A stretch of 64,000 nucleotides of DNA, taken from positions 31,213 to 95,212 of the IMG/VR virus record IMGVR_UViG_3300017716_002931; one strand, written 5' to 3'. Origin of the DNA: a virus. The position numbers and the translations under genes are program-made. Within the stretch, counting starts at the first letter, position 1. Each line of letters begins with the position of its first letter. Below are positions 50,161 to 60,698 of the stretch, piece by piece. Under the pieces are notes generated by a model. The model did no database searches. It was not told the origin of the DNA and saw only the letters and a program-made list of their open reading frames with translations.

Positions 50161-52607
50161 ACTGTTGGAGGAGCGGTGTTAAGAGACTTAATAGGTCTCA
50201 ATCCAGCGGTTACGGTTGTTGTCCAATTTCCACCTTGTATAGTGTGTTTAACATCTAATACCTGAAACAAGATATCTTTGTCATATGGAGTCGGTAGATT
50301 ATCAATTGCAAATATCTGTTGTGTTTTGAATCCTGCAATTCCAAGCAATGTTATTTCCGCCTTAATGCCAGGTTGCAACACGCTATTTACAGATGCGTTC
50401 TTTGGATCTTTATCGTTAATAAGCAAAGTAAATAAATCCAACTGTGTCAATGCAAGTTTTCTAATATAAGAAGTGTTGTCGGCATACACCTCGCCATAAA
50501 TAAACGCCTCCGCCTTATTGTCTTTCTCTTTTTCCAAAAGTTCCGATTTCTTTCCATCTTCTCTTTTTCTATCTTCAGGATTTTGTTTATTTTTAGTAAT
50601 GATTTCTGAATCCTTCGGTGTCAAATACGAATCCCCCATAGTCTTCACGTAAAGTCTATCAGTGGGATTAAATCCAAACGCATTCTTGATAGGCACTGTT
50701 ACCTTATCATCGCTTTTGTAATTCTGAAGAACTGTTTGCGCCACTTTATCACTCAACTTAACTGAGAAATTAAAAGATTGTAGAATATTCTTTACCGCTC
50801 TGTTTTTGAATGAATACAAATATGGCGCTTGGTCTGAACTTAATTCTTGTAAACGTTGAACATTTATGGCGTCAGAATCAATGATAGTCAAGAGAGAATT
50901 TGATCCTCCATACTGAATCACATTGAATTTCCACATTCCTTTAACACATTCGCTAACCTTGCTCAACACAACGTTCAAAATATCCGTGACCGTTTCAGAC
51001 TTGTTTACAGCATCAATTACTACATCCTTGTGAATGTACAGATTTTCCAATTTACCCAAATAGTATTCGTACTTGTTGGAAGGAAACTCGGTTTCTGCTT
51101 TGGTTTTCTGACCAGAATAATGTCTGAAGAAATTTACGATTTCGTTTAGATCTTGTCGAACGTTTCCATTCATGACAGCTTCTAGTGTTTTGTCTGCTTC
51201 GGATTTTGGTTTAGGTGGAGTGACCTTCTCTGAATCCGTTGGATACGAATAGTTTGATGATTTGCCACGAACTTCAACATCGGGTGAAATATTTGGTGCT
51301 TGTGAATTTGGTATCAACAATACTTTTGCGTTTGTTGATATCATGTTTTTGTGTCCACCAATCCACGAAGATTTAATGTCAATCTGGTTAAATGTAGCCC
51401 CCGTTGTTACAGATTCTAGTCGGGTGAATTTATTGATCAAATCTACAAACAATCCCATCGAAATCCAAAAATGTTTCGTAGCAGAGTTATCGAAACTATA
51501 TGATGTAGAGGACGAAATTTTATCACGTGGATCTTTACCACCACCTACGTTTCTAGGTATGAAAACTCGGGTTTCTGGCTCTGGCCACCCTTCAATCCCA
51601 AACAAACTTTTTTTAGTATCCAATCCATCAAAAATTGCTGTCGGAAGATTTGCAAACTTTTCATTAATATATGTCTTTAAATCTTGAACGGGCTCTGTCT
51701 TTTTGTTTCCCTTATCATCTGCCTTTGAGGCTGACGCCAATGCTGTAGACTTTGTTACCGTTCCACTATAAATTGATGCATTACTACTAACTACAGTGGT
51801 ACAATCATATGATCCATCAGCCTGTATAGAATATTCAAACGATGTAATAATACCACACGTTAGTTCATACATGCCGCGACCCTTTTCAATTTGTTCTTCT
51901 TGTTTCCACGGATCGGTGTACATCCCAAGCAACCCCGATCCTTCCAACGATCTTGGATCTTCAGGATTTGCTGTTTTTCTAGCGGGAGCATCAGTAGAAA
52001 GTTGATACAGTGATGGCGTTCCAATATCAGTCAAATTCAACAAACAAGATGGATTAAAATGGTTCCATCCCCATTCAATGAATGTGCTTACTCCAGGCGT
52101 CATGAAATATGGAGTAAGATAGTTCAAATGATCCTTAGAATGACACTTCCATTTAATTGTAACCGTTCTATACGATGCTGGTATGTTTCCTTTTAACGCA
52201 ACATCAATACTCATGATTCCCGGCGGAGGAGAATGCTTACTTATGGATCCGCCAGTACTTGAATACTCTCCAACTATCTTGTGTTCTTCGCCCGAAGGAG
52301 TGTATCCTAAAACTGTTTGTGTCTTGGCTTTAGTTATAGGATCAAATCCATAGTCGTTGTAAAATCCATTAACGCCATGCATTATAAATCCCTCTTTGAC
52401 TCCGTATTTTGGATCTCCAATACCATTGGAACACACTCGAACCCAACAACGCATTGGTCCTTTGTATGTGTTCCATGTACCGTCAGTGTCCCATCCAGCT
52501 TGTTGTGAATCTATGAAATTGAACCCCACATCTCTTTCACGACGTTCAAGTTCTTTTCGTACAAACAATCCGATTGGTTGAATCTCAAATGGTGCTTTAA
52601 TCGACAT
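50157..52607 (-). CDS. baseplate hub-like structural protein
   Basis: PPPGI.SI, PG.STFIEWGW, C-terminal AEITLLGIAGF..FQVLDVKHTI..WTTTV; position in the tail module. Confidence 0.65.
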   Translation of the reverse strand: MSIKAPFEIQPIGLFVRKELERRERDVGFNFIDSQQAGWDTDGTWNTYKGPMRCWVRVCSNGIGDPKYGVKEGFIMHGVNGFYNDYGFDPITKAKTQTVLGYTPSGEEHKIVGEYSSTGGSISKHSPPPGIMSIDVALKGNIPASYRTVTIKWKCHSKDHLNYLTPYFMTPGVSTFIEWGWNHFNPSCLLNLTDIGTPSLYQLSTDAPARKTANPEDPRSLEGSGLLGMYTDPWKQEEQIEKGRGMYELTCGIITSFEYSIQADGSYDCTTVVSSNASIYSGTVTKSTALASASKADDKGNKKTEPVQDLKTYINEKFANLPTAIFDGLDTKKSLFGIEGWPEPETRVFIPRNVGGGKDPRDKISSSTSYSFDNSATKHFWISMGLFVDLINKFTRLESVTTGATFNQIDIKSSWIGGHKNMISTNAKVLLIPNSQAPNISPDVEVRGKSSNYSYPTDSEKVTPPKPKSEADKTLEAVMNGNVRQDLNEIVNFFRHYSGQKTKAETEFPSNKYEYYLGKLENLYIHKDVVIDAVNKSETVTDILNVVLSKVSECVKGMWKFNVIQYGGSNSLLTIIDSDAINVQRLQELSSDQAPYLYSFKNRAVKNILQSFNFSVKLSDKVAQTVLQNYKSDDKVTVPIKNAFGFNPTDRLYVKTMGDSYLTPKDSEIITKNKQNPEDRKREDGKKSELLEKEKDNKAEAFIYGEVYADNTSYIRKLALTQLDLFTLLINDKDPKNASVNSVLQPGIKAEITLLGIAGFKTQQIFAIDNLPTPYDKDILFQVLDVKHTIQGGNWTTTVTAGLRPIKSLNTAPPTV

Positions 52608-52613
52608 AACGTA

Positions 52614-52910
52614 TTACTTATTGTATGAGTTATAAGTATTAATGATAGTATTTACATTGCCGGGAACTCTCAATTGTGTTCCTGCTTCCACCGACATTTT
52701 GCCTTTTCCAATTCCATTTGCTTGTGCCAATATCCACCATAACGATGGGTTCTTGTAATACTTAAACGCAAGATTATCCAAATAATCCGTTTCATTGGTA
52801 ATAACGTATGCGTCATCGTTACTAAACGGTATAGGAGGATAAATTCGAGATCCAAAATATCTCTTGCCGTCCCATCTCTTCTTGATGTTAACAGTTGTGT
52901 CGTATCTCAT
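52614..52910 (-). CDS. LysM-like baseplate wedge / tail X protein
   Basis: DYLDNLAFKYYKNPSLWWILAQAN..G.QLRVP. Confidence 0.8.
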   Translation of the reverse strand: MRYDTTVNIKKRWDGKRYFGSRIYPPIPFSNDDAYVITNETDYLDNLAFKYYKNPSLWWILAQANGIGKGKMSVEAGTQLRVPGNVNTIINTYNSYNK

Positions 52911-52920
52911 ATATCAATAA

Positions 52921-55800
52921 TTATTCAAACGATTTAATCGGCACCAACAAATTTGTAGAGAATGGGTTGTTGCCTCCAGCAATCACAGCAACATTATTGA
53001 TGTCTCTTGGAGCATGTCCAAAATTCGCAGCTCCCGTTACTGCTCTTTCTTTTTGTAGAACTGCAAGATCTAGTGATACTTCAACTTCTCTTGGAAACTG
53101 AGCAAACTTACCTTGTGATCCGGTCCAAGTAATTATGTTGTTCAAATATGACCAATCTTCTCCATGCGTCTCATTCAATGTTTCCCACGATGTTCCGTCG
53201 GGAATATTTAATCCCACTCTGTTTATGAGAATCGGTTGTTCCTTGTACATATCGCCAATCGTCAACAAAACGAATGGAGGAACAATAAATTGGTTTTGAC
53301 TGATATTGTCCTGACTTGATGCTTGAGTGTAATTTGCAGGCATAGTCAACCCACACAAATAGTTCACTCGTTTCCACATCGGAAGAAGTTCTTTAATACT
53401 GTTTGCAATAACTTTGAAACTAAAACTCAATGTTCTTCCAAATCCTTTGTAGGTGTAGAGTTTGTCAGGACGACCAATATACTCATATCCCGTCCACTCA
53501 GCTTGGAAACTGTCGTTGATACCGGTTATGGATGCTCTGAATGGTATATGTTTTTCATTTACCATATCATAGAAATAAAACGCAATCAAATCATCAGCAT
53601 ATGGATCGTATATTTTCCAATCATCCACATCTGTTTCGTCTGTAATGTTTTTATCCTTATCTAAAATGGTCAATTTATTGATCTCGTCGCCCATATGAGA
53701 TCCCGCAAATTTCTTGTGGTTTTTGCTTCTCTTTCCGCCTCTATCAAGACCGTCAAGAAGTTGTTTATTAAAAAAATAGTCGTCTTCGTAGACTGGATGT
53801 CCCTTAGAAATCAAGTCAATACCAAACTTGGTTGCATCTGGACTTGAAAATACTTTGGTATCGGCATTTGCAAATTCCACCGAATATCCACTGTTCTTGA
53901 TGTTATTCACCAACAATCTCAACGATTCAACTCGTTCTTTGTTGATACGATCATTAACCTCCAATTGAAGTGTAGCGTTGATTTGATCAACGTCATTGCC
54001 TCTGAGATCTGTGGTCTCCGTTGAAATTGATTGGAATTTTCCGTCTTCCATCGTTTGACGAATGTCAGATAAACTTCCATTTGGAGATCCACCATCAATA
54101 GCGTCTTTACGAAGTTTAGAATATGTTCCATCGACTTTGTACGCAGATTCACCCACAGCACTACTGCCTCTTGCGGGAATATCCGCAATCGTCTTTACTT
54201 TTGAAATATTTGGAGTGTCAGACAACCCCAGATTAGTAAATACTTTCTTTCTGTCATCAACAAGAGATTTTACAATTGGATCATCTTGTTTTTGTTGAAG
54301 AGTTGCATTGATTTTATCACCAATGTCATTCATTGATGATGGAACATCTTGAATCTTATCGTCCTCAAGATTTTGCTTGAAGTTGGAAAGATTACCATTT
54401 CCTCCGTCGTCTTTTCTTTGTTTAGAATACGTTCTGTCAACCTGATATGCTGCTCTCTTTGGATCTCCGCTTCCCATTCGAGTAGGAATTGAAGTCTGAG
54501 TATTGTAAATAAAAATGGTGGGTGTCTCACCAAATCCGTATTTCTTATAGAAATCGCTTTGTGGCTGAACTATGGTCTTGTCGTCCGCGTTGGTCAGATC
54601 CACTGGAGGTCCATCCATCTTGGTTGGAAACATCAGTGTTTTTTCAATGTACTTCTTGTAATTAATCAACATGATAGAATACTTGAATACATCATCTGGA
54701 TGTAAACGTGATGGTATCATACCAACCGACTTTCCATACTTCTCTACATTGTCTATGTCCTTCTCAAATGAAAATCCTGTAGGTGAATTGTTTATAGATG
54801 GTCCATCAACAGTTGTGCTGTTGATCTTTTGTTCGGTTCCATCTACATATATCAATTTTCTATCCTGCGGAGCTTCATTCTTCTTTCTGATATTGTATGG
54901 TCCTCCCTCAGAAGATCCTGCGATCCAAATTTGAGTGATTGGAATTTCTACGCCTGTAACAGGATTGTGTTTTTTAAACTTGCCACGAAGATCGCCGATC
55001 ATCATTCCATAGGCACCTTCATCGCCTTTGTATCCTGTACCCTCTGGCTGTTTTACGTTGATCAACGATGGAAATACTGATGCTGCCATCGATCTCAAGA
55101 AACTTCCTTTTGATGCGTTACCTCCCCATCTTGATGCAAGTGAAGTGTAACCCGAAGATGCACTCTTGGCTCTCAATAGACCTTTACCACCGCCCGCAGA
55201 TTGTTTTGACAACGGAGATTCGTCAGAAGTATCGTTTTTTCCGGCACCCACAGTACCCTTTGGTGAACTTGTACTGTTGTCGCCAACAGAGAACCCTACA
55301 ACACTCGCCAGAGCCCCCAACAATCCTCCGCCTAGGTCAATGTGACGTTTGGGTCTTGGAAGTAGTCCAAGCGATCCCGGACGTGCTGCCCCGACAATAG
55401 GCATCAATGGGTTATAAAGTGCAGTTTCGTTGAAAGGTTGAAGGTTTTGTAGTAGAAACTGTTTCAACGAGAAAATGACGCCCGGACCTGAAACTGAAAA
55501 TTTAGATATACGAATTACGTCTTGAAGAGTAGATCCAATTGGAAATGCTCTGCTATCGTATTTTCTTACAGCATTTAGTCCACCGTTTCCTTCGTTTGGT
55601 GTATACCAAACAAATGGCTGACGAGGGCCAAATTTAAGTAAACTATTGGAATATCCTGTTTTAGGGCTAAATCGATCTATAATTGATCGATTGTTAGCGA
55701 TATAAAGGGATTCTATCTTGCCCGGCTGTGGTGTGTCTGGAAATCCTGCCGGAACCGTATTGATCGGTGGAATTGAGTTTGGTAAATCTACGTTTGCCAT
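52921..55800 (-). CDS. baseplate/tail-tube initiator-like structural protein
   Basis: C-terminal FRASITGINDS..W..YIGR..YTY.GF.R.LSFSF, LTIGDMY; lies just downstream of the tape measure. Confidence 0.65.
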   Translation of the reverse strand: MANVDLPNSIPPINTVPAGFPDTPQPGKIESLYIANNRSIIDRFSPKTGYSNSLLKFGPRQPFVWYTPNEGNGGLNAVRKYDSRAFPIGSTLQDVIRISKFSVSGPGVIFSLKQFLLQNLQPFNETALYNPLMPIVGAARPGSLGLLPRPKRHIDLGGGLLGALASVVGFSVGDNSTSSPKGTVGAGKNDTSDESPLSKQSAGGGKGLLRAKSASSGYTSLASRWGGNASKGSFLRSMAASVFPSLINVKQPEGTGYKGDEGAYGMMIGDLRGKFKKHNPVTGVEIPITQIWIAGSSEGGPYNIRKKNEAPQDRKLIYVDGTEQKINSTTVDGPSINNSPTGFSFEKDIDNVEKYGKSVGMIPSRLHPDDVFKYSIMLINYKKYIEKTLMFPTKMDGPPVDLTNADDKTIVQPQSDFYKKYGFGETPTIFIYNTQTSIPTRMGSGDPKRAAYQVDRTYSKQRKDDGGNGNLSNFKQNLEDDKIQDVPSSMNDIGDKINATLQQKQDDPIVKSLVDDRKKVFTNLGLSDTPNISKVKTIADIPARGSSAVGESAYKVDGTYSKLRKDAIDGGSPNGSLSDIRQTMEDGKFQSISTETTDLRGNDVDQINATLQLEVNDRINKERVESLRLLVNNIKNSGYSVEFANADTKVFSSPDATKFGIDLISKGHPVYEDDYFFNKQLLDGLDRGGKRSKNHKKFAGSHMGDEINKLTILDKDKNITDETDVDDWKIYDPYADDLIAFYFYDMVNEKHIPFRASITGINDSFQAEWTGYEYIGRPDKLYTYKGFGRTLSFSFKVIANSIKELLPMWKRVNYLCGLTMPANYTQASSQDNISQNQFIVPPFVLLTIGDMYKEQPILINRVGLNIPDGTSWETLNETHGEDWSYLNNIITWTGSQGKFAQFPREVEVSLDLAVLQKERAVTGAANFGHAPRDINNVAVIAGGNNPFSTNLLVPIKSFE

Positions 55801-55809
55801 ATTCTATAA

Positions 55810-58605
55810 TTATGAACTTGCTATAGCAAGTTGTTCACTTCCTTTACGTCCGTCAAGATAAACTCCAATACCGCCATTAGACATCAATGAAATGAGTTCA
55901 TCCAACTTACTGACAATTTTTTCTTGCGTAACAGGTTGGTCATTGGTTGTTTCTGGTTTAGTATCTTCATTAGTTGTAACTTGATTGATATCTGGCATAC
56001 CACCAAATATCGTGTTTTCAGCCAACGATAAAAGATTAAGACCATTCAAATTGTCGAGATTTATTTTTGATATATCCTTCAATATGGTCGAAAAAATCAA
56101 TAACTGTGAATTGTACGTATCCAACTCTGAAAAATTAGAAAATATCATACTAACACTTTCTCCTAACACTCGAATACGGTCAGCTGGCAGTGTTAATGCT
56201 AACAACGCAAGCGATAAATCATATAGTTTGGAGACTGGGTTTCCTGTAAATATTCCGGTGACCGAACCAACTACTCCACCTCCCATAGCAGCGCTCATTG
56301 CCAACAAAGAAACGGCCAATCCCCCAATTGCTAACGCTGCAAGTCCTATTCCAGGTGCAGCCAACGCAATAGTCATTAATGAGGTAGCAACAGCACCTAC
56401 CACATTGGGTAATGACGCAAACATGTCACGCATGGTTTCAAGTCCTTTGATTAGAACTCCACCAATAACATCCACCAACCCCAAAAATGTGTCTTTAACA
56501 GCGTTTATGGCCGTCATGAAAATTCCACCAAAAACATCAGCCAGTTTCAAAATTATTTCTTTAGCAGCATTTATAACGGTCATATAAATTCCACCCATCA
56601 CATCGACAAGTTTCAAAATTATTTCTTTTACAGCATTGATGGCGGGTACAAATACAGCAACCAAAAACGGTGCGAGCTTTACTAACATATCTGCGAGAAC
56701 CTTTATCGCTGGCGTTGCAATTCTTAGTGCTAAGGCTATACCAAGACCGAACGCTATAGCTGCAGCGGTAACCACCAGAAGCCCAGCCGCCACTGTGGGA
56801 TCAGCAAATACTCTCAATCCCTGACCGATACCTTGTAGAGCCGCTCCTACACCTTTTCCAATTGCCCCCATTGCAGATCCAATACCACTTGCTATTGAAC
56901 TTATTGCGGATCCTATACCTTTTGCGAGATCAGATACAAATTCACCGATTGCTTTTCCAAGATTTTTAATGACATTTAATATCGATGAGAAAACATCAGC
57001 AACTACAGTCTTTAAATTTTTGAAAATATCACCAATTTTACTTGCTCCTCCTACTCCTCCTGTTCCAAAACTTGGAAGTTTGAATTTACCAAAACTTGGA
57101 AGTGTGAATACTTTTCCAATCAAAGGTTTTAATGCCATCAAAGCGGTTCTGATACCTGTGAGTGCTTTTGGAAACAAATACATCGATACCATGACTGCGC
57201 CAATTGCCGCACCAATACCTTTAAACACAGTCAACAACATTCCCGATTTGTGTTCTGCATCTTCTGTCCACTGAGAAAACTTTTCTATATACTGCACAAC
57301 CACATCCAATTTACCAGAAGCATAATCCAATAATTCTCCCAATTTCCAATCATCAAATAATTTATAAAGAAGATTGCCAAACAATTTTACCGGTAACAAA
57401 ATAGCATTAAACCCCACCAACGCTAGCTTAAGGACAGGAACAAGAATTTTTGTTGCAATCATTACCAATGGAGTCAACGCATCCGCAGCACTTTGTTTGA
57501 ACGCTTTGAATGTATTACTCAATTGACTCATTGTACCTTGCATTTCTGCCTGTTGCAACATTTGTAGACCGGTTTCTTCAGTTTGTTCTTTTAACGCCTT
57601 AGTTGCCTTTTCATAGGCCTTTACTTGGTCCGGCTTCAATTTAGACAACTTTTCTTCGTTCTTCATCATCTTACTAAGATCTGCAACACTATAACCCGTT
57701 GCCTTAGCCAAAGCTTCTTGTTGGAAGACATTCATTTTGCTGAATTCTCCCATTGAACGAACTTGATTTACCACTTCTTTTTGTGCACCAGCAATATCAC
57801 CTTGAAAACTCAATTGACGTGCATAATTCAAATTAAGGTTTTTGCCCAATAGAACACTTACTTCCATTTCAGCGTCAACACTTTCTTGGAAATTCAATAG
57901 TCCTCTGGCCGAATTTGCTGTTTTTTCAAGATTTACACCCATGCGTTGAGCTTGAATTGCAGCAAGAGTCATCTGACGAACGTTGCCTTTCATCATAGCT
58001 AATGTGGTATCAGAAGCATTAGCGACATCATGCATTACTTTGTTAAGAGGAACCCCAGCAGCGGTTGCTGCATTTGCTGCAAGTCCAGCCATTCCACTTG
58101 CTTGTTGTTCTGTCAATCCACCAATGCTCTCCATTTTTTGTAAAAATCCCGCCGCATTATCGTCGGTGACTCCTAGATTTGTATTCAACAAAGCAACAGT
58201 TTTAATTTGCTCTTTTGAAACATTTTGTATTGAACCAAACTGTTCACCAAGTGCTTTAGCCGCACTGTATGCGCCCTCGATGGATACTCCAAATCCTGCT
58301 AACTCTTGGTTTACTTGACGCGCAGCAGTCTCAACATCTTTCATTTGAGTCTTGTTGAGTCCCGTTTCTTTCCTAAAATTCTCAGCTGCTTTATCCAATT
58401 CTACAAAACGATCAAACGCATCACCGAATATCGCTAATAGTTTTTGATATCCGCCCTTCAAACCTTCTAGTGTGGCCAAATGTCCTTTAGCAAGATCCAG
58501 TTCTTTTTCAAGTTGCGGTTTCTTCTCACGTAACGTCTTTAGTCTATCTTTTTCTATATCACTTAGACTACCACCCAGTTTGTTTTGGTCTTTTCCTTTG
58601 GACAA
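55810..58605 (-). CDS. tape measure protein, main part
   Basis: Ala/Gly/Leu-rich helical 11/22-aa repeats; C-terminal VYLDGRK; in frame with the upstream ORF. Confidence 0.85.
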   Translation of the reverse strand: MSKGKDQNKLGGSLSDIEKDRLKTLREKKPQLEKELDLAKGHLATLEGLKGGYQKLLAIFGDAFDRFVELDKAAENFRKETGLNKTQMKDVETAARQVNQELAGFGVSIEGAYSAAKALGEQFGSIQNVSKEQIKTVALLNTNLGVTDDNAAGFLQKMESIGGLTEQQASGMAGLAANAATAAGVPLNKVMHDVANASDTTLAMMKGNVRQMTLAAIQAQRMGVNLEKTANSARGLLNFQESVDAEMEVSVLLGKNLNLNYARQLSFQGDIAGAQKEVVNQVRSMGEFSKMNVFQQEALAKATGYSVADLSKMMKNEEKLSKLKPDQVKAYEKATKALKEQTEETGLQMLQQAEMQGTMSQLSNTFKAFKQSAADALTPLVMIATKILVPVLKLALVGFNAILLPVKLFGNLLYKLFDDWKLGELLDYASGKLDVVVQYIEKFSQWTEDAEHKSGMLLTVFKGIGAAIGAVMVSMYLFPKALTGIRTALMALKPLIGKVFTLPSFGKFKLPSFGTGGVGGASKIGDIFKNLKTVVADVFSSILNVIKNLGKAIGEFVSDLAKGIGSAISSIASGIGSAMGAIGKGVGAALQGIGQGLRVFADPTVAAGLLVVTAAAIAFGLGIALALRIATPAIKVLADMLVKLAPFLVAVFVPAINAVKEIILKLVDVMGGIYMTVINAAKEIILKLADVFGGIFMTAINAVKDTFLGLVDVIGGVLIKGLETMRDMFASLPNVVGAVATSLMTIALAAPGIGLAALAIGGLAVSLLAMSAAMGGGVVGSVTGIFTGNPVSKLYDLSLALLALTLPADRIRVLGESVSMIFSNFSELDTYNSQLLIFSTILKDISKINLDNLNGLNLLSLAENTIFGGMPDINQVTTNEDTKPETTNDQPVTQEKIVSKLDELISLMSNGGIGVYLDGRKGSEQLAIASS

Positions 58606-58668
58606 CTGATCCTGAAGACTTTTTAGTTTATCTTTGTTACACGCAGTTGTTTTTTTACAAAGCTCTTC

Positions 58669-59142
58669 CTACTTCTTGATACTTTCTTCAAGTGCTTTGA
58701 CCGGATTTGCTTTTGCTTCCAAATCTTGCAATTCTTTCAACTGATTCTCAAGATCTTGTACTGATTTAGTTGCATCTTTGATGGGTTTATTAAACACCAG
58801 TCCGCCTATGGCAGAATACATTTTCATCAAATCGTCGGCGGTCATTGATGCCGAGTCTGCAAAACTCCTGAGAGTGCGCTTGGGGTTTTCAAAAGCATTT
58901 CCCACCGTTATTAATGCTTCTTGAAAATGAGTAAATGAATCTATGGCATCATCAACTGTCTTTTTTGATTTTCTTATTTCATCGCTAGCCGATGACGAAG
59001 CATCTTGCATTGAATTGAATGCTTTTGCAAGAATCTTGATTTGATCTGCGGTCAGTTCGTATGCTTTTCCTGTGCTACGAGTTTGATCCGCTGCTTTTTG
59101 CAAGATCTTTGCTGCATCTATTGGTAGGTCTGTGTCCGCCAT
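58669..59142 (-). CDS. tape measure protein, N-terminal part (ends at an in-frame TAG)
   Basis: Coiled coil; late motif at 59158; the reading frame stays open after the TAG into 58605. Confidence 0.75.
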   Translation of the reverse strand: MADTDLPIDAAKILQKAADQTRSTGKAYELTADQIKILAKAFNSMQDASSSASDEIRKSKKTVDDAIDSFTHFQEALITVGNAFENPKRTLRSFADSASMTADDLMKMYSAIGGLVFNKPIKDATKSVQDLENQLKELQDLEAKANPVKALEESIKK

Positions 59143-59200
59143 AATACGTTAGTTCTCTATAAATATACAAACAACGTGGTTATGATCGATTTTTAGGGTA

Positions 59201-59404
59201 TTATTTACCACCCTTGCTCTGAGATGATTTTTCTATCTGTTCGTTTTCTTTTTTGCGAACCTCGGCTAATTTACGCAAATAGAATATGCGCAGGTGCGTA
59301 GGCAAATTATACGCAATATCCTGATTAAATGCGCCTTCTGAGTAATACGCAAGTTCAAAAACCTGCGTATGTATAGTCAACTTATCTTCCGGCGTCAGGC
59401 CAAA
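59201..59404 (-). CDS. tail/baseplate assembly chaperone extension (+1 frame, 67 codons)
   Basis: Missed by the track. FGLTPEDKLTIHTQVFELAYYSEGAFNQDIAYNLPTHLRIFYLRKL...; no ATG; overlaps the chaperone 3' end. Confidence 0.75.
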   Translation of the reverse strand, partial: FGLTPEDKLTIHTQVFELAYYSEGAFNQDIAYNLPTHLRIFYLRKLAEVRKKENEQIEKSSQSKGGK

Positions 59405-60248
59405 AGAACTGGGCCGTCAATGGCACCGAGACCCTTTCTTCGTTTCCACATTCATCACATGAAAAGTCAAAATTCATGTCCAAATCAGGACTGTTTTCTC
59501 TCACATATGATCGAAGTGCCAAACTGTCTCTCGATGGAAGTTCCTGTTCAACAAACTTCTTGATGAAGTTTCTATCTGAATTGCCATCGATGGAAACAAT
59601 CATTACCCTAATACGAGTAGTCATTTCCATACTGGCATTTTTGTTGATTTTTGCAAGTCCCTTCAATTCAGCATCAATTTGAAGTTCATCCTTGTGAGTC
59701 AACAACTTGTACTTGATAACTTTCTTCGTATATGGAAGAGTAAACTCAAATTCGTTCTGTCCACGTTCAAACTTGTTGAAGTCAAATGGCTTAGCATTCA
59801 TTTTGCTAAGATCAATACGTTTCTCGTTTTCCGACTGACACTTTGGACACGTAACCTTAACTGGACCGTATGTATCTCCATAAGCGAGTCGTCTTGCAGC
59901 AAAAAACGTTGCATTCTTATCTCCCACCAAAAGGTCATCCAATTTAACAGGAGTGACAATCAACGATTCCAACAACTTATCCAAAACAATACCCTTCTTT
60001 AGAAGGTTTGCGTTAGTTAGAATATCTTCCTCCTTCGCAGTCATCATTTTAATTTCTATCTGACCGCCACTTAGTGGATGTCCTTCAGGATAAAAATATC
60101 CATCGCTAGGCAAATCAATGGTCTCAGTTGGATATGTTGACGTTTTTACAGCAATAGGATTGGGTTGTGAAAAAGATTGTTGTTTAGCAATCGGCGGTCC
60201 GCCTACAATTGTGTTGGGACGGGTAATAGGAATATTTTGATCATCCAT
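59382..60248 (-). CDS. baseplate hub/tail assembly chaperone (T4 gp26-like)
   Basis: IDLPS.G.FY, MTAKEEDIL, CPKC and CDEC zinc ribbons, ends QFFWPDAGR. Confidence 0.8.
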   Translation of the reverse strand: MDDQNIPITRPNTIVGGPPIAKQQSFSQPNPIAVKTSTYPTETIDLPSDGYFYPEGHPLSGGQIEIKMMTAKEEDILTNANLLKKGIVLDKLLESLIVTPVKLDDLLVGDKNATFFAARRLAYGDTYGPVKVTCPKCQSENEKRIDLSKMNAKPFDFNKFERGQNEFEFTLPYTKKVIKYKLLTHKDELQIDAELKGLAKINKNASMEMTTRIRVMIVSIDGNSDRNFIKKFVEQELPSRDSLALRSYVRENSPDLDMNFDFSCDECGNEERVSVPLTAQFFWPDAGR

Positions 60249-60305
60249 AGATATAATAACTTGGTTCACCGAATATATAGTAACCGATATGATTTTTCCA
60301 ATTTT

Positions 60306-60674
60306 TTAATTGGAATCTCCGCCCTTTTGAACCGCTTTCGAATTATCGCTTGCAGCAGATACTCCTTCTCTAGCTTTGGCTTCTGCTTCAATGGCAGTGT
60401 TTAGTCGTGTATCCAATTCTGTCGTATCGCTCCCACTTCTTTCACCTGCATCAGCCGCCTCTTCAGCTTGTCTTTTTCCCTCAATCGCTTTGTCTAATCT
60501 GATCTTAGCTTTGTCCTCTTTTAGTTTTGCAACCTGTATATTCAAGTTTAGAATTTTAGAGTCGATTACCTTGATTAATTTGTCGTACTTGTCTTCTGTT
60601 GAAGCTTCATCAATCGACATTTCGTCTACAACTTCATTAATCAACGACAACAAATCATCTTTGGAAATTTTCAT
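60306..60674 (-). CDS. coiled-coil late protein
   Basis: Start MKISKDDLLSLINEVVDE follows the late motif at 60679. Confidence 0.7.
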   Translation of the reverse strand: MKISKDDLLSLINEVVDEMSIDEASTEDKYDKLIKVIDSKILNLNIQVAKLKEDKAKIRLDKAIEGKRQAEEAADAGERSGSDTTELDTRLNTAIEAEAKAREGVSAASDNSKAVQKGGDSN

Positions 60675-60698
60675 ATACAATAAATAGATAAGGACAAT

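Noticed and set aside
31713-59142. Genome-wide TAG reassignment (genetic code 15)
   Set aside because: nrdB (37434) and the vWA gene (31713) end at plausible TAG stops, and the long late ORFs (816, 959 and 931 aa) contain no other in-frame TAG
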